This document shows positions 13,197 through 24,089 of a DNA stretch of 64,000 bases, piece after piece (the stretch's first letter is position 1; each line of letters begins with the position of its first letter). The notes beneath the pieces were generated by a model. The model made no database searches, was not told the origin of the DNA, and saw only the letters and a program-made list of their open reading frames with translations. This stretch comes from Octopus vulgaris. Lineage: Eukaryota. Both the position numbers and the translations under genes were made by a program. The stretch spans positions 2,356,001-2,420,000 of the forward strand of contig OX597819.1 of NCBI GenBank assembly GCA_951406725.2, written 5' to 3'.

Positions 13197-14140
13197 CTAT
13201 TTATAGCTAGCTTTGAAGGAGGGAAGAGGTAGGTGGGAGAAGATGTGCGAGCTTGAGGGGTCGGACTGGAGTCGCCGGAAGGCTCGGAGAACGGTGCATT
13301 TGAGGAGCAGGGTGGAGGGGTGGTATGTGAGGGGGAACGGGAGATGGGCAACGGCGGGGTCAGGGGCGGGAAGAAAAAGCAGAAGCATGGTCCACGGAAC
13401 GTGCCCTGTCAAGAGCAGTGTGGATAGTCGCAAGGGGATATCCACGAAGAATGAAGCGGCGATCCATGAGTTAAGACTGAGTCTCAAAGTCATGGTTATC
13501 ACTGCAGAGCCTGCGCAGACGGAGGAATTGGAAGTAGGTGATGGTGAGCTTGGTGTAGGCAGGGTGGGAGGAGGAACAATTAAGATAGGAGTGTGAGGCG
13601 GTGTGTCGGTAATGGACGGAGGTAGTGAGAGCGGAGTGGTGTATACTGATAGAAATGTCGAGAAATACGATGGGAGAGTTAGAAATACTGCAGGAGAATT
13701 TGAGGGCAAGATGGAAGGACTGGAGAAAAGAGAGGAAGGAGACTAGTTCGCAGGAGACAGGTCACACAGATACAATCATCGATATAACGACCATATAGTT
13801 CGGGCTAAGGACCAGTGAACCATGAGAATATTTGTGCCTCAACGTAACCAACGAACAGGTTCGCATAATTGGGGTCCATTCTTGCGCCCATGCCACTCCC
13901 GAGAACTGTTGTTAAAAATCCCCTGCGAACATGAAGCAGTTAAGGGAGAGAACAAGTTCAGCCTGATCAAGAAGTATGGAGGGGTCATGTTGGGGTTTGG
14001 TCGAAGGTCCAGAAAGTGTTTCAATGCAAGACGTCCTTCGTTGTATGGGATCACTGTATTTAAACTCTTGATATCAAGAGTAAAAAGAAGTTTAAAGAGG
14101 CCACAAGGAAAGGAGAAAGAGTTAAAGAGTCAGAGAGCAT
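13197..14140 (-). mobile_element. Penelope-like retroelement reverse-transcriptase remnant
   Basis: LFTLDIKSLNTVIPYNEGRLALKHFL, G.AMGARMDPNYANLFVGYVE, VRYIDDC and YHPS motifs, all frameshifted; ends at a (TA)n tract. Confidence 0.85.
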
Positions 14141-14142
14141 GG

Positions 14143-14203
<61 letters not shown>

Positions 14204-14429
14204 GTATATATGGTTACATATCTATATATGTTTATTATAAATTATATATTATATATATTACATGTTATATATATATTATATTTTTAATATATTTGTGTGT
14301 GTGTATATATAAACATACATATTTGAGTCCAAGTTTCACTTTACATGGAATAATCTTAGTATTCCATTGTATTCGCATTATGACATTTTATTTTTCTCAT
14401 GTTACTTCGTAAATAATTAATAAATATTA

Positions 14430-14690
14430 CGGAGATGTACTTGCATAACAAATGACCTGATCTTAGATCATGTGCTGAAACAAAAACAACTGCAGCGTGG
14501 AAGGTGTTTATAAGCTATTTAAAAACACACAAAAACCGTTAAATTCACTTCAACATTTAAATTTAATTTGCTAAAATATTTTCGTCGTTTTGAGACCGCG
14601 AACTGATCACTGACAAAATTCCATATCTAACGAGTTTTGTATTTTTTTTAATGGCTTATAAGCACCTTCCACGCTGCAATTGAATTAATA
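14430..14690. mobile_element. PLE-like terminal fragment with an inverted segment (family also at 27920-28170)
   Basis: TGCAGCGTGGAAGGTGTTTATAAGC is inverted relative to GCTTATAAGCACCTTCCACGCTGCA; shares the body AAAATATTTTCGTCG..ACTGACAAAA with 27920-28170. Confidence 0.55.
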
Positions 14691-14732
14691 AATAATTTGC
14701 CTAAATCAACAATAACTTCTTAAATTATGTAT

Positions 14733-15061
14733 TACTAGCTGTTACTCCTTTTTCCGTGTTGAAGTGAAGCCCACTTCTGCCTTAGTATTGAAATCTTCTA
14801 CGTTTCCCGTGCCAATTAATACCCATTAAGGAAAAATAACATCGTTATGGGAATTTACATTCAAACGCCCGATTGAGCTCACAAAAATCGATGCCAACTG
14901 AGGATTATCGAGTTTTCGAAAAAGTCCGGCCTTATTTGAACTTCAGGTCATGTGACCTACCTATGTGCCAAAAATCATTAAAAGCGGTTGGACGGTGTGA
15001 GAGGAGTTAGAGTAACCCCAAACACACAGACAGACACCATTACACATTTATGTATATAGAT
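14733..15061 (+). mobile_element. Non-autonomous Helitron/Helentron-like (DINE-like) element
   Basis: ACTAGC start, internal ACAGACAGAC and TATATAGAT end; assignment from resemblance only. Confidence 0.4.
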
Positions 15062-15381
15062 TTGAGCTGTTTCCTATAAGCATATTTTAAACGAGTAATC
15101 AAAACTGATAACATGTATCGAGAATTTTCAAATTCTCTAATTCTCCGTACTCTCTTAATTAAGAATATCAGATTCAACTGATGTGGTTCTACCTTATTTG
15201 TATGTCAAAGTACAGTACTCAAACTTCTACCATATTTGTATGTCAAAGTACAGTACTCAAACTTTTATCATTTTTCATATCACTGCTTGCAATAATAGCT
15301 TCTGGCTACAACTAAAAATAAAAAGCGTTATGTGAGGATGGCATCAAACAATGGAGAATGTAAAGTGCAAAGTCTTCTTAC

Positions 15382-15575
15382 CTTTTTCAACACTTTCCTG
15401 ACAATACCTAAATTGCTAGAATGCAACACAAAATTAGGCCATTCCGAACTTCTTAACGTACGAAGTGTTTCATAAAGTGGATCATGGCCACTGCCCAGAT
15501 GATGCATTGATGGTAACAAAATTGGATTCACCAATATATTCGATTCCCGAAGCTTTAAAATAGGTGAAAAGTCAT
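15382..15575 (-). CDS. iGluR-like gene exon 4
   Basis: Acceptor TTTTCCCAG| and donor AAG|GTAAGA; 194 nt, phase 1-0. Reads DDFSPILKLRESNILVNPILLPSMHHLGSGHDPLYETLRTLRSSEWPNFVLHSSNLGIVRKVLKK. Confidence 0.88.
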
Positions 15576-15808
15576 CTGGGAAAATAGAGACGTACATTTT
15601 CAACATTTGTTCAGATATCAAAGAAACACGTTTAATAATAAGGGTAAAGCGGAATTCAAACAGAGTAGCTACATTTTATATTTAAAAAATATAAAAATAT
15701 TCTGAACTTTGTCATATATGTACCGATGTATAAAGGCAAGCACGCATAAATACACAAACATATATTGTGCAATCATATATGTGCGAGACAGACACAAACA
15801 TGCACATA

Positions 15809-16185
15809 GGCGCAGGAGTGGCTGCGTGGTAAGTAGCTTGCTTACCAACCACATGGTTCCGGGTTCATTCTCATTGCGTGGCACCTTGGCTTAGAGTCTT
15901 CTACTAAAGCCTTGTTAGTGGATTTGGTAGACGGAAACTGAAGGAAGCCCCGTCGTATATATGTATATATATGTATGTCTGTGGATATGTTTCTGCGTTT
16001 GTGTTTGTCCCCCCATCATTGCTTGACAACCGATGGGTGTGTGTCCGTCCCCGTAACTTAGCGGTTCGGCAAAAGAGACCGATAGAATAAGTACTAGGCT
16101 GACAAAGAATAAGTCTTGAGGTCGATTTGCTCGACTAAAGTCCAGCATGGCCGCAGTCAAATGACTGAAACAAGTAAAATAGTAA
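15809..16185 (+). mobile_element. tRNA-derived SINE, near full length
   Basis: Head GGCGCAGGAGTGGCTGCGTGGTAAGTAGCTTGCTTACCAACC, internal (TA)/(TG) tract and AAGTAAAA tail. Further decayed copies lie at 16211-16345 (-) and 16420-16890 (+). Confidence 0.9.
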
Positions 16186-17002
16186 AAGGGTGAAGAGTAT
16201 GCATATATATCTGACTTCTTTCAATTTCCGTCAGTCAAATCCGCCAAGGTTTTTTGAACGAACCATCGACATACACACTTTCCGAAGATGCCACGCAGTA
16301 GGTCAGAACCCAAAACGATGCGGTAGGGAAGCAAACTTCGTTAAATCTGTCTCCTTTTTTCTTGTGTTCACATAGATAGAACTGAGTGGGAGAAATCAAG
16401 GAAATTCAAACTTAAGAAGAATGCAAATGACTGTGTGGTAGAAAGTTTGCTTCCAGGTCCCACAATTCCGGTTTCAGTCCCGTTGCGTGACAGGAATGAC
16501 AGTCTTATAATTTGATAGACGGTAACTGAAAGCCGATCACATAGATGGGTAGACAGATAGATAGAGAGAGAGAGAGAGAGGGTAGATAGATATGCATTTG
16601 AGTATGTATATATGTATGTATGTATGTATGTATATATGTATGTATATATATGTGTGGGTGTGGGTGTTGGTGTGTGGGTGCTATCTGTGCGTGTGTGTGT
16701 GTGTGTCCTTGGTTTTGTTTTTATTCCCCACCACACCTTGACAACCGCTCTTGCTTTGTTTACGTCCCCGTAAACAAGAGTCCGATAGAATAAGTACCAG
16801 GCTTCATTCAACTAAACTCTTCTAGGCAGCGCTATAGCACTGTCACAGTCCAACGACAGAAACAAACAAAAGATCGAAGATAAAAGAATAATGAATAAAA
16901 TTTCTGTTATTGTGGGGAACTCCGTTCACAAATAGGGCTTTTCCTGCGCTAAATATTTGCCGATCATTAAATACTGAGAAATAATAAATGTTTGTTATAT
17001 TG

Positions 17003-17730
17003 CAAGCGTGGTTGTGTAGTCAGAAACTTAGTTCTTAACCATGTGGTCTTGGGTTCAGTCACCTTGAACACCACCTTGGGTAAGTTCCTTGTATCATATC
17101 CTCGAGTAAAGCAAAGCCTTGAGTGGATTTCGTAGACGGAAACCGAAAGAAATCCTTTTCATATATAAATGTGTGTGTGTGTGTGTGTGTGTTCGCGCGC
17201 ACATTCTTGCGTGCAAGTGCATCACGTGTATTTGTTTATATTTGTCCCGTACCACCGCATGCCAGTCGGTGTTCGTTTGGTTATGCCGCCGAAATTTAGC
17301 AGTTGGGCTTAGAGAACAAGTACCAGGCTTTAATATAAGTTCTAGGGTTGATTTGTTCGTCTAAACTAGTGGTTCTCAACCGGGGTCCATATGGACCTTG
17401 TTGGGTAGTGAACGTGACAAAATAGTGAATTAAGGATCCACTTGTTGCTTTAGATGTATGTATTGGTATGTATTGCAAGAAACAGCTAGGATTGTTTCTC
17501 TAACATTTTACATTGTTCAACATACACAAGTTAATGTGTGAAAAACAAAGCAGGAATTTAAAACTTATTTTTAAACATCAAATGGCTATGGGGGTCCACC
17601 AGAATAAAATAGTAATGAAAGGGATCAAAAGATGAAATTGGTTGAGCACCCCTGGTCTAAACCCTTCAAAGCAGTGCCACACTATAGAAGCATTCCAATG
17701 ACCGAAACAAATAAAAGATAAAAGATAAAA
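17003..17730 (+). mobile_element. Older tRNA-SINE copy hosting a hAT MITE
   Basis: The SINE body is interrupted at 17366/17655 and ends in an (AAAGAT)n tail. Confidence 0.75.
17367..17654. mobile_element. hAT (Charlie-like) MITE
   Basis: TIRs TAGTGGTTCTCAACC / GGTTGAGCACCCCTG with a perfect 8-bp TSD GTCTAAAC (17359-17366 and 17655-17662). Confidence 0.88.
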
Positions 17731-17768
17731 GATATTTTTGTGAATTAGAAACACAAAATTACACTAAC

Positions 17769-18017
17769 CATCAGACAAAAAGACAACTTGTTTCCATCCA
17801 AGTTTCTCCATCACTTTGGCCACTGCGGTCGAAAAATCTTCTAAATCCGGAAGTAATGTACGGATGCGGTCTTTGTTTTCGGATTTGCGAACATAAGCTG
17901 ATGATGTTGTTAAATAATGACATGTTGGTTCCATAATAACGTAGTTTGGTGAAGTGAAATGGTCAATAAATGGACCTATGGCAACATCCACTTCGCTCTG
18001 CTTGAAGAGTCTATGTG
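17769..18017 (-). CDS. iGluR-like gene exon 3
   Basis: Acceptor TTACAG| and donor GATG|GTTAGT; 249 nt, phase 1-1. Reads AHRLFKQSEVDVAIGPF...IRTLLPDLEDFSTAVAKVMEKLGWKQVVFLSD, matching the iGluR ATD motifs 'V.AI.GP' and 'L.P...ls.A+..++....WK.v.++yD'. Confidence 0.9.
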
Positions 18018-18053
18018 CTGTAATAAAGATGTTGAACCAGATATACATATACA

Positions 18054-18094
<41 letters not shown>

Positions 18095-18102
<8 letters not shown>

Positions 18103-19057
18103 AATAATGAAAGAAAGAAAATGGAGAATAATGGATGTATAATTGATTTATTTGTTTGATATTATGAGGTTTAAAATTTTTCTTATAAAAACAATACGAA
18201 TAAATTATAAATCATAAAGCTCAAAAAAAAAAAAGAAATGGCAGACGCCAAAGACCTACATATGTGTTTCTATTCATACCCCTAAGTGATTCGTAATTCT
18301 AAGCATTTGGGTTGGCTCAAATCTTAAAAATTAGTTACCATTTTCAACTATGTGGGGCAGAATTTCATCAGGACTCTATGATAACAAAGGTTATCATATT
18401 TCTTGAAAGGGTGCAGACGAATTACGAAGTAGTTTAAGAAGCTAGATCATATATATTATGCGTATGCATTTAACTAGGGAATTATAAAATAAAATAACAT
18501 AAAAATAAAAAGGTAAAGTAAGAAGATAAAAGATAAAATATGTATGTAACATATATAATATATAAATTTAAATAAAAAGAAAGAACAATTCTTAAAAATC
18601 CAAGGGAAGAAAAATGTGATAAAATAAATGAAGGATAAGCTAAATAGTAAAAAAATAATTAGCCGACCGTTATTTTCATTGGTTTGGTAATTGATACAGT
18701 TCAGGAAATATATGGATGCCCAGTGTTCACATCAATCAAATATAGACAAAAGTTTGAAATATCTGACCGTTAAGATGTGTACGCTCATAAAGCCCCGGTG
18801 TGATTCTGCCCCACATAGTTGAAAATGATAACCAATTTTTAACATTTGACCCTACCCAAATGCTTAGACTTACGAATCACCTAGGGGCATAAATCCAAAC
18901 ATATATGTAGGTCTTTGGCATCTGCCATTTTTTAGCCGTATAATTTATAATTTATTTGTATTGTTTTAATAAAAAACAAATTCAGCCTCATAATATACAA
19001 ATAAATTAATGATACATCCATAATTCTCCATTTTCTTTCTTTCATTATTAACAATAT
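18095..19057. repeat. About 280-bp diverged inverted repeat (probably a PLE with an inverted 5' segment)
   Basis: Arms at about 18095-18380 and 18786-19057, e.g. CATTTTCAACTATGTGGGGCAGAAT versus ATTCTGCCCCACATAGTTGAAAATG. Confidence 0.85.
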
Positions 19058-19191
19058 GTATTGCTATAATAAACCCTAACTTATCATCAAGACTTTCTCC
19101 TTATATGATAATGATTAAACAATGAAGTTTTTTGATTATTTAATCCCTAATGAGGACTTGACAGCCTCGAATTTAGTAAATATACATACAT

Positions 19192-19273
<82 letters not shown>

Positions 19274-19278
19274 ATATA

Positions 19279-19343
<65 letters not shown>

Positions 19344-19517
19344 TGCACACACAAATATTCATATACATATAATGCTAACTGATCATTTCGCAAAAGAATA
19401 TGTATTTAAAATTGTCATTAAACAAATTACGTGAACAATATATTATAGTCTTTTAGTTAAGCCGTTACAAAACAAAGAATATTTCAAATAAAAGTATTAT
19501 TATTAATTAAATAGATA

Positions 19518-19572
<55 letters not shown>

Positions 19573-19603
19573 ATAAAATATTAACAAGATAGTAAAATTT
19601 TAC

Positions 19604-19774
19604 CATGTGTAAGATTCTGTAGTACATTGGAGGCGTTATTTAAATCAAATTCCAAAGGTATAAATTGAATAGTACAGTTTTCTTGCTCTTCATATTCTGT
19701 CGTGTTTCTGAGCAAAATTTCGGCAGCATCTCGAAAGAAATCTAATTCCACGTGTCCTTTTTCACCAACTAACG
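19604..19774 (-). CDS. iGluR-like gene exon 2 (ATD/LIVBP-like domain start)
   Basis: Acceptor TTACCAG| and donor CATG|GTAAAA; 171 nt, phase 1-1. Reads ALVGEKGHVELDFFRDAAEILLRNTTEYEEQENCTIQFIPLEFDLNNASNVLQNLTH. Confidence 0.88.
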
Positions 19775-20319
19775 CTGGTAAGTATAAAATACGAGATGAT
19801 ATAAACGTTATACCTATCACACACTGATATGTATACACGCGCACACACACACACACACGCACACATGCATAGATATACGCATAACATTCGCGCACGCATC
19901 AGTAGTCAATTAGAGCCGACGACTTAACATCCCACATCGTTATTATCCAGCGGCTCATTCAGTTCGCACACTGACCACCACTGATGAGAAGAGCTCAGTA
20001 TTTTGTTTTCAGTCTCTACATTGTCCAGACATTTTGTTTCCAAAACAATATATTTACAAGCCCACACCGATACACACATACAAGAAAACTCACGCGAACA
20101 CCAAATCACCATGCTGCATTTTTTTGCCATCATACCAACAAGTCATCCACAGTTCTCTTAAAACCGCTGAGCCATAGCCAAACATGAACTCCTTTTAGTC
20201 ACCTTTCACTGCACTCTCAAGAGCTTGAAACTTACAAAATATTCATACGACCTGCGAAATTTCAAAATAAATATACCATTCACTAGAATGTAATAATATA
20301 ATTTCGTGTTATAATTTTG

Positions 20320-20818
20320 TGTGACCCCCTTCAGTCATTAATGACCATGGGATTGCACCTAGAAAGTTACCCACCGAGGCACAAGTCAGGGCAAGGTTGT
20401 TTATGGAAGACCAGCAGTTGACCAAACATACCTGCCTCGCCCCTCCACGCCACCAATGTTATCCAAGGCTAAGGCAAAGGCCGATACAGCTTGGCACCAG
20501 TGACGCCGCAGCTCATTTATTATTGTGCAAGTGGCTGAGCACTCCACAGACACGTGTACCCTTAACGTAGTTCTCGGGGAGATTCAGCGTGACACAGACT
20601 GTGTTAAGGCTGGCCCTTTGAAATACAGGTGCAAAAGAAACAGGAAGAAAGAGTGAGAGAAAGTTGTGGTGAAAGAGTACAGCAGGGTTCACCACCACGC
20701 CCTACCGGAGCCTCGTGGGGCTTTTACGTGTTTTTGCTCAATAAACACTCACAATGCCCTGTCAGGGAATCGAAACCGCGAGTCCGCTGCCCTAACTACT
20801 GGGTCATTGCGCCTCCAC
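20320..20818 (-). mobile_element. tRNA(Arg)-like SINE, long form
   Basis: Reverse complement of the head TGGAGGCGCAATGACCCAGTAGTTAGGGCAGCGGACTCGCGG; the body is shared with 48175-48562. Confidence 0.85.
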
Positions 20819-20936
20819 AGGTTATAATATATATAATGTATATATGTATTTATATGTTAATACATGCGTATATAGACATATAGGCATGGTTGCATATATC
20901 TATATATAATAATAACACAAATGACAATCCGTCGGT

Positions 20937-20947
20937 TACGACGATGA

Positions 20948-20996
<49 letters not shown>

Positions 20997-21395
20997 AGAA
21001 CAAACAGTAAGTTGTCATTATGGTACTCAGAGTTTCGCATTCTTGTCGGCTATGAAAAACCGGTGAATAAAAGGGACGTTACGCTGATACGTAGAAAAAG
21101 AAAAAAGAAATAAGATTAAAAAAATACACGCAACCATATTCTCACAATGCATACATATAAACCTCTTGCGTTCATAACGTCTACATACGTACACACAGAT
21201 ACATGTATGCGTACATGCACATACACAAACATATATGCGTGTGTACTATTTATACATGCGCACATATCCATACACACACGCGCACACACACACATATATG
21301 TGTACGCAACTTTATCTTCATATACATATAGGTGTTTGCATGCATACACGTAACATGATGCATATATATTTAGACATTTATGCATATAAATATAC

Positions 21396-21449
<54 letters not shown>

Positions 21450-21489
21450 TTATATGCATAAATGTCTAAATATATATGCATCATGTTAC

Positions 21490-21533
<44 letters not shown>

Positions 21534-21931
21534 GTATATTTATATGCATAAATGTCTAAATATATATGCATCATGTTACGTGTATGCATGCAAACACCTA
21601 TATGTATATGAAGATAAAGTTGCGTACACATATATGTGTGTGTGCGCGTGTGTGTATGGATATGTGCGCATGTATAAATAGTACACACGCATATATGTTT
21701 GTGTATGTGCATGTACGCATACATGTATCTGTGTGTACGTATGTAGACGTTATGAACGCAAGAGGTTTATATGTATGCATTGTGAGAATATGGTTGCGTG
21801 TATTTTTTTAATCTTATTTCTTTTTTCTTTTTCTACGTATCAGCGTAACGTCCCTTTTATTCACCGGTTTTTCATAGCCGACAAGAATGCGAAACTCTGA
21901 GTACCATAATGACAACTTTACTGTTTGTTCT

Positions 21932-21988
<57 letters not shown>

Positions 21989-21996
21989 TCATCGTC

Positions 21997-21999
<3 letters not shown>
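20937..21999. repeat. About 1.06-kb near-perfect palindrome centred on (TA)n
   Basis: Arms at about 20937-21400 and 21530-21999 are reverse complements; the differences seen are microsatellite unit counts. An extra copy of about 50 bp lies in the centre. Confidence 0.95.
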
Positions 22000-22033
<34 letters not shown>

Positions 22034-22057
22034 CATACATTCACACTCCGCATACAC

Positions 22058-22092
<35 letters not shown>

Positions 22093-22329
22093 TGTATATA
22101 TAAATACATATACATCTTCCTGTCACACACCTACACACGCGCACACATATACATATAGAATATATACATGAATATACATATACTGACACACGTACATATT
22201 CACACAAAAAGGAAAAAAAAGAAACATTGAAAGAATATATTTAAAAAATTAAAAATTAAAAAAGTTTAGACAAATGGGAAGCTTGTACAGGAACATAGTA
22301 AAAATATAGATTCTAGCCGTGATCCGTGG

Positions 22330-22800
22330 AGTGCCCTAAACCGTAATAGGTATCTTTTCACAAGTGGACATAATCCAAAAAGTTCTGCTCTTGAATTTAG
22401 GCATGTAGCAGGTTTTTCGTTTATTCCAGTGTCCGAATCTTAAGGTGTGATTGTTGAACCTTGCTTTGAAATTTCCTTCTGTGAGACCCACGTGTCTCTT
22501 GGATGAAACTATGCTATTAACGTTCGTGGAGTTTACGGCGTCTTCATAAATAATGGCCTCGGTCATACATGCTCCATTTAGCTGGCACAAGTATTTATCT
22601 CTGCAGGAACAGCTGGCTTCGTGTTGCTGTGCTGCATTGTGTATAATTATATCTGGGATTGAACTAAAACTAATTTTTAGGTTATGCCTATTAAAGAGTT
22701 GCCTATATTAACGATTCAAAGGAATAAGGTTCTTAAATTATTGGCGCCAAATTGAGTTGAATTCATTTGTAAACGCCCACATTTAGCTGAATAAATTTCA
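22330..22800 (-). mobile_element. Penelope-like (Naiad-type) GIY-YIG remnant
   Basis: CSCRDKYLCQLNGACMTEAIIYE...HVGLTEGNFKARFNNHTLRF, with upstream 'FNR.NLKISFS'. Confidence 0.8.
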
Positions 22801-23033
22801 CGAGAAACGAAGTACATCCAGTGAAAAAGCCAGGTTATGCATACAGAGAATTTAACCCTTAAGAGTATTTTAATAGCCTAAGGGCTAATCCGTATTAGTC
22901 GTACGGTATTTGGTACATTCCAGAATACCTGACGAGCAGGGGTTTCCAGTGAGGTGTATTATGAACAAATAAATAACAAGAAAGCCGTTGGAAAAAGCTG
23001 CAAGAAAGTGACGCGTATCCATCGTTTGTTATC

Positions 23034-23083
<50 letters not shown>

Positions 23084-23389
23084 CAACGTACTTCTCCAGG
23101 CGTGCAGGTATTTCATTATACAAACATTTCTCTGCATTATGAGATCTAGTTGTTTCCTCAGGTGATATGTAAAGTACGTCGAAATTCTCGGCTTCAAGAA
23201 CATCCTCTCTCTCTCCCTCTCTCCCTCCCCACCTCTCTCTCTCTCTCTGTCGTGGCCTAAGTTGATTTTTGGTTTGTATTTTGGTATTAGTAAAGCATCC
23301 ACTATTATTCTTACTTTGTGGCAGGATGTTTGTGTGTTAGGAAATCTACATAAAATTGTAGCACGGTCAACTATTTTCCTTATATGTAA

Positions 23390-23800
23390 GGTTGTGAGCT
23401 GACAGAATCGTTAGCACGCCGGGCGAAATACTTAGCGGTATTTCGTCTGCCGTTACGTTCTGAATTCAAATTCCGCAGAGGTCGACTTTGCCTTTCATCC
23501 TTTCGGGGTCGATAAATTAAGTACCAGTTACGCACTGGAGTCGAAGTAATCGACTTAATCCGTTTGTCTGTCCTTGTTTGTCCCCTCTGTGTTTAGCCCC
23601 TTGTGGGTAGTAAAGAAATAAGAATCGTTAGCACGCTGCTCAAAGAAATGCTGAGTGGTATTTCGTCTGTCTTTATGTTCCGAGTTCAAATTCTACCGAG
23701 GTTGACTTCATCCTTTCCGGATCGATAAAATAAGTAGCAGTTGAACATTAGGGTCGTTGTAATCTCCCGAAATTGCCGGCCTTGTGCCAAAACTTGAAAC
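23390..23800 (+). mobile_element. Two tandem tRNA-derived SINEs (third family)
   Basis: Head GAGCTGACAGAATCGTTAGCACGCCGGGCGAAAT and B-box-like GTTCTGAATTCAAATTCC. Other copies lie at about 34550-34760 (-), 41100-41270 (-), 53400-53520 (-), 55975-56400 (-) and 56690-56790 (+). Confidence 0.85.
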
Positions 23801-24089
23801 CAGTATTTTCCTGCATAATTCTACTTCTTGTCCTGTGTTATCGCTAATTGTGGTGACTACTTCTAAAATTAAGGACAACCAAGGGGAAAATGTATTACTG
23901 TGCGTCATGTTTACAAGGCAGTTTCTCATTCTGATGTTTTGAAATATGCTCTTCCTATTAATTTATGGACAGTTTTTTTGTTTTTCGTACATGTTGGGTT
24001 CCGTAATTTGAGTTTTCTTAAACACGTATTCATGTATTCAGCAACAAGGATGCATTTGTGGCTCTTTTACTGCTTACTACACCTATGAT

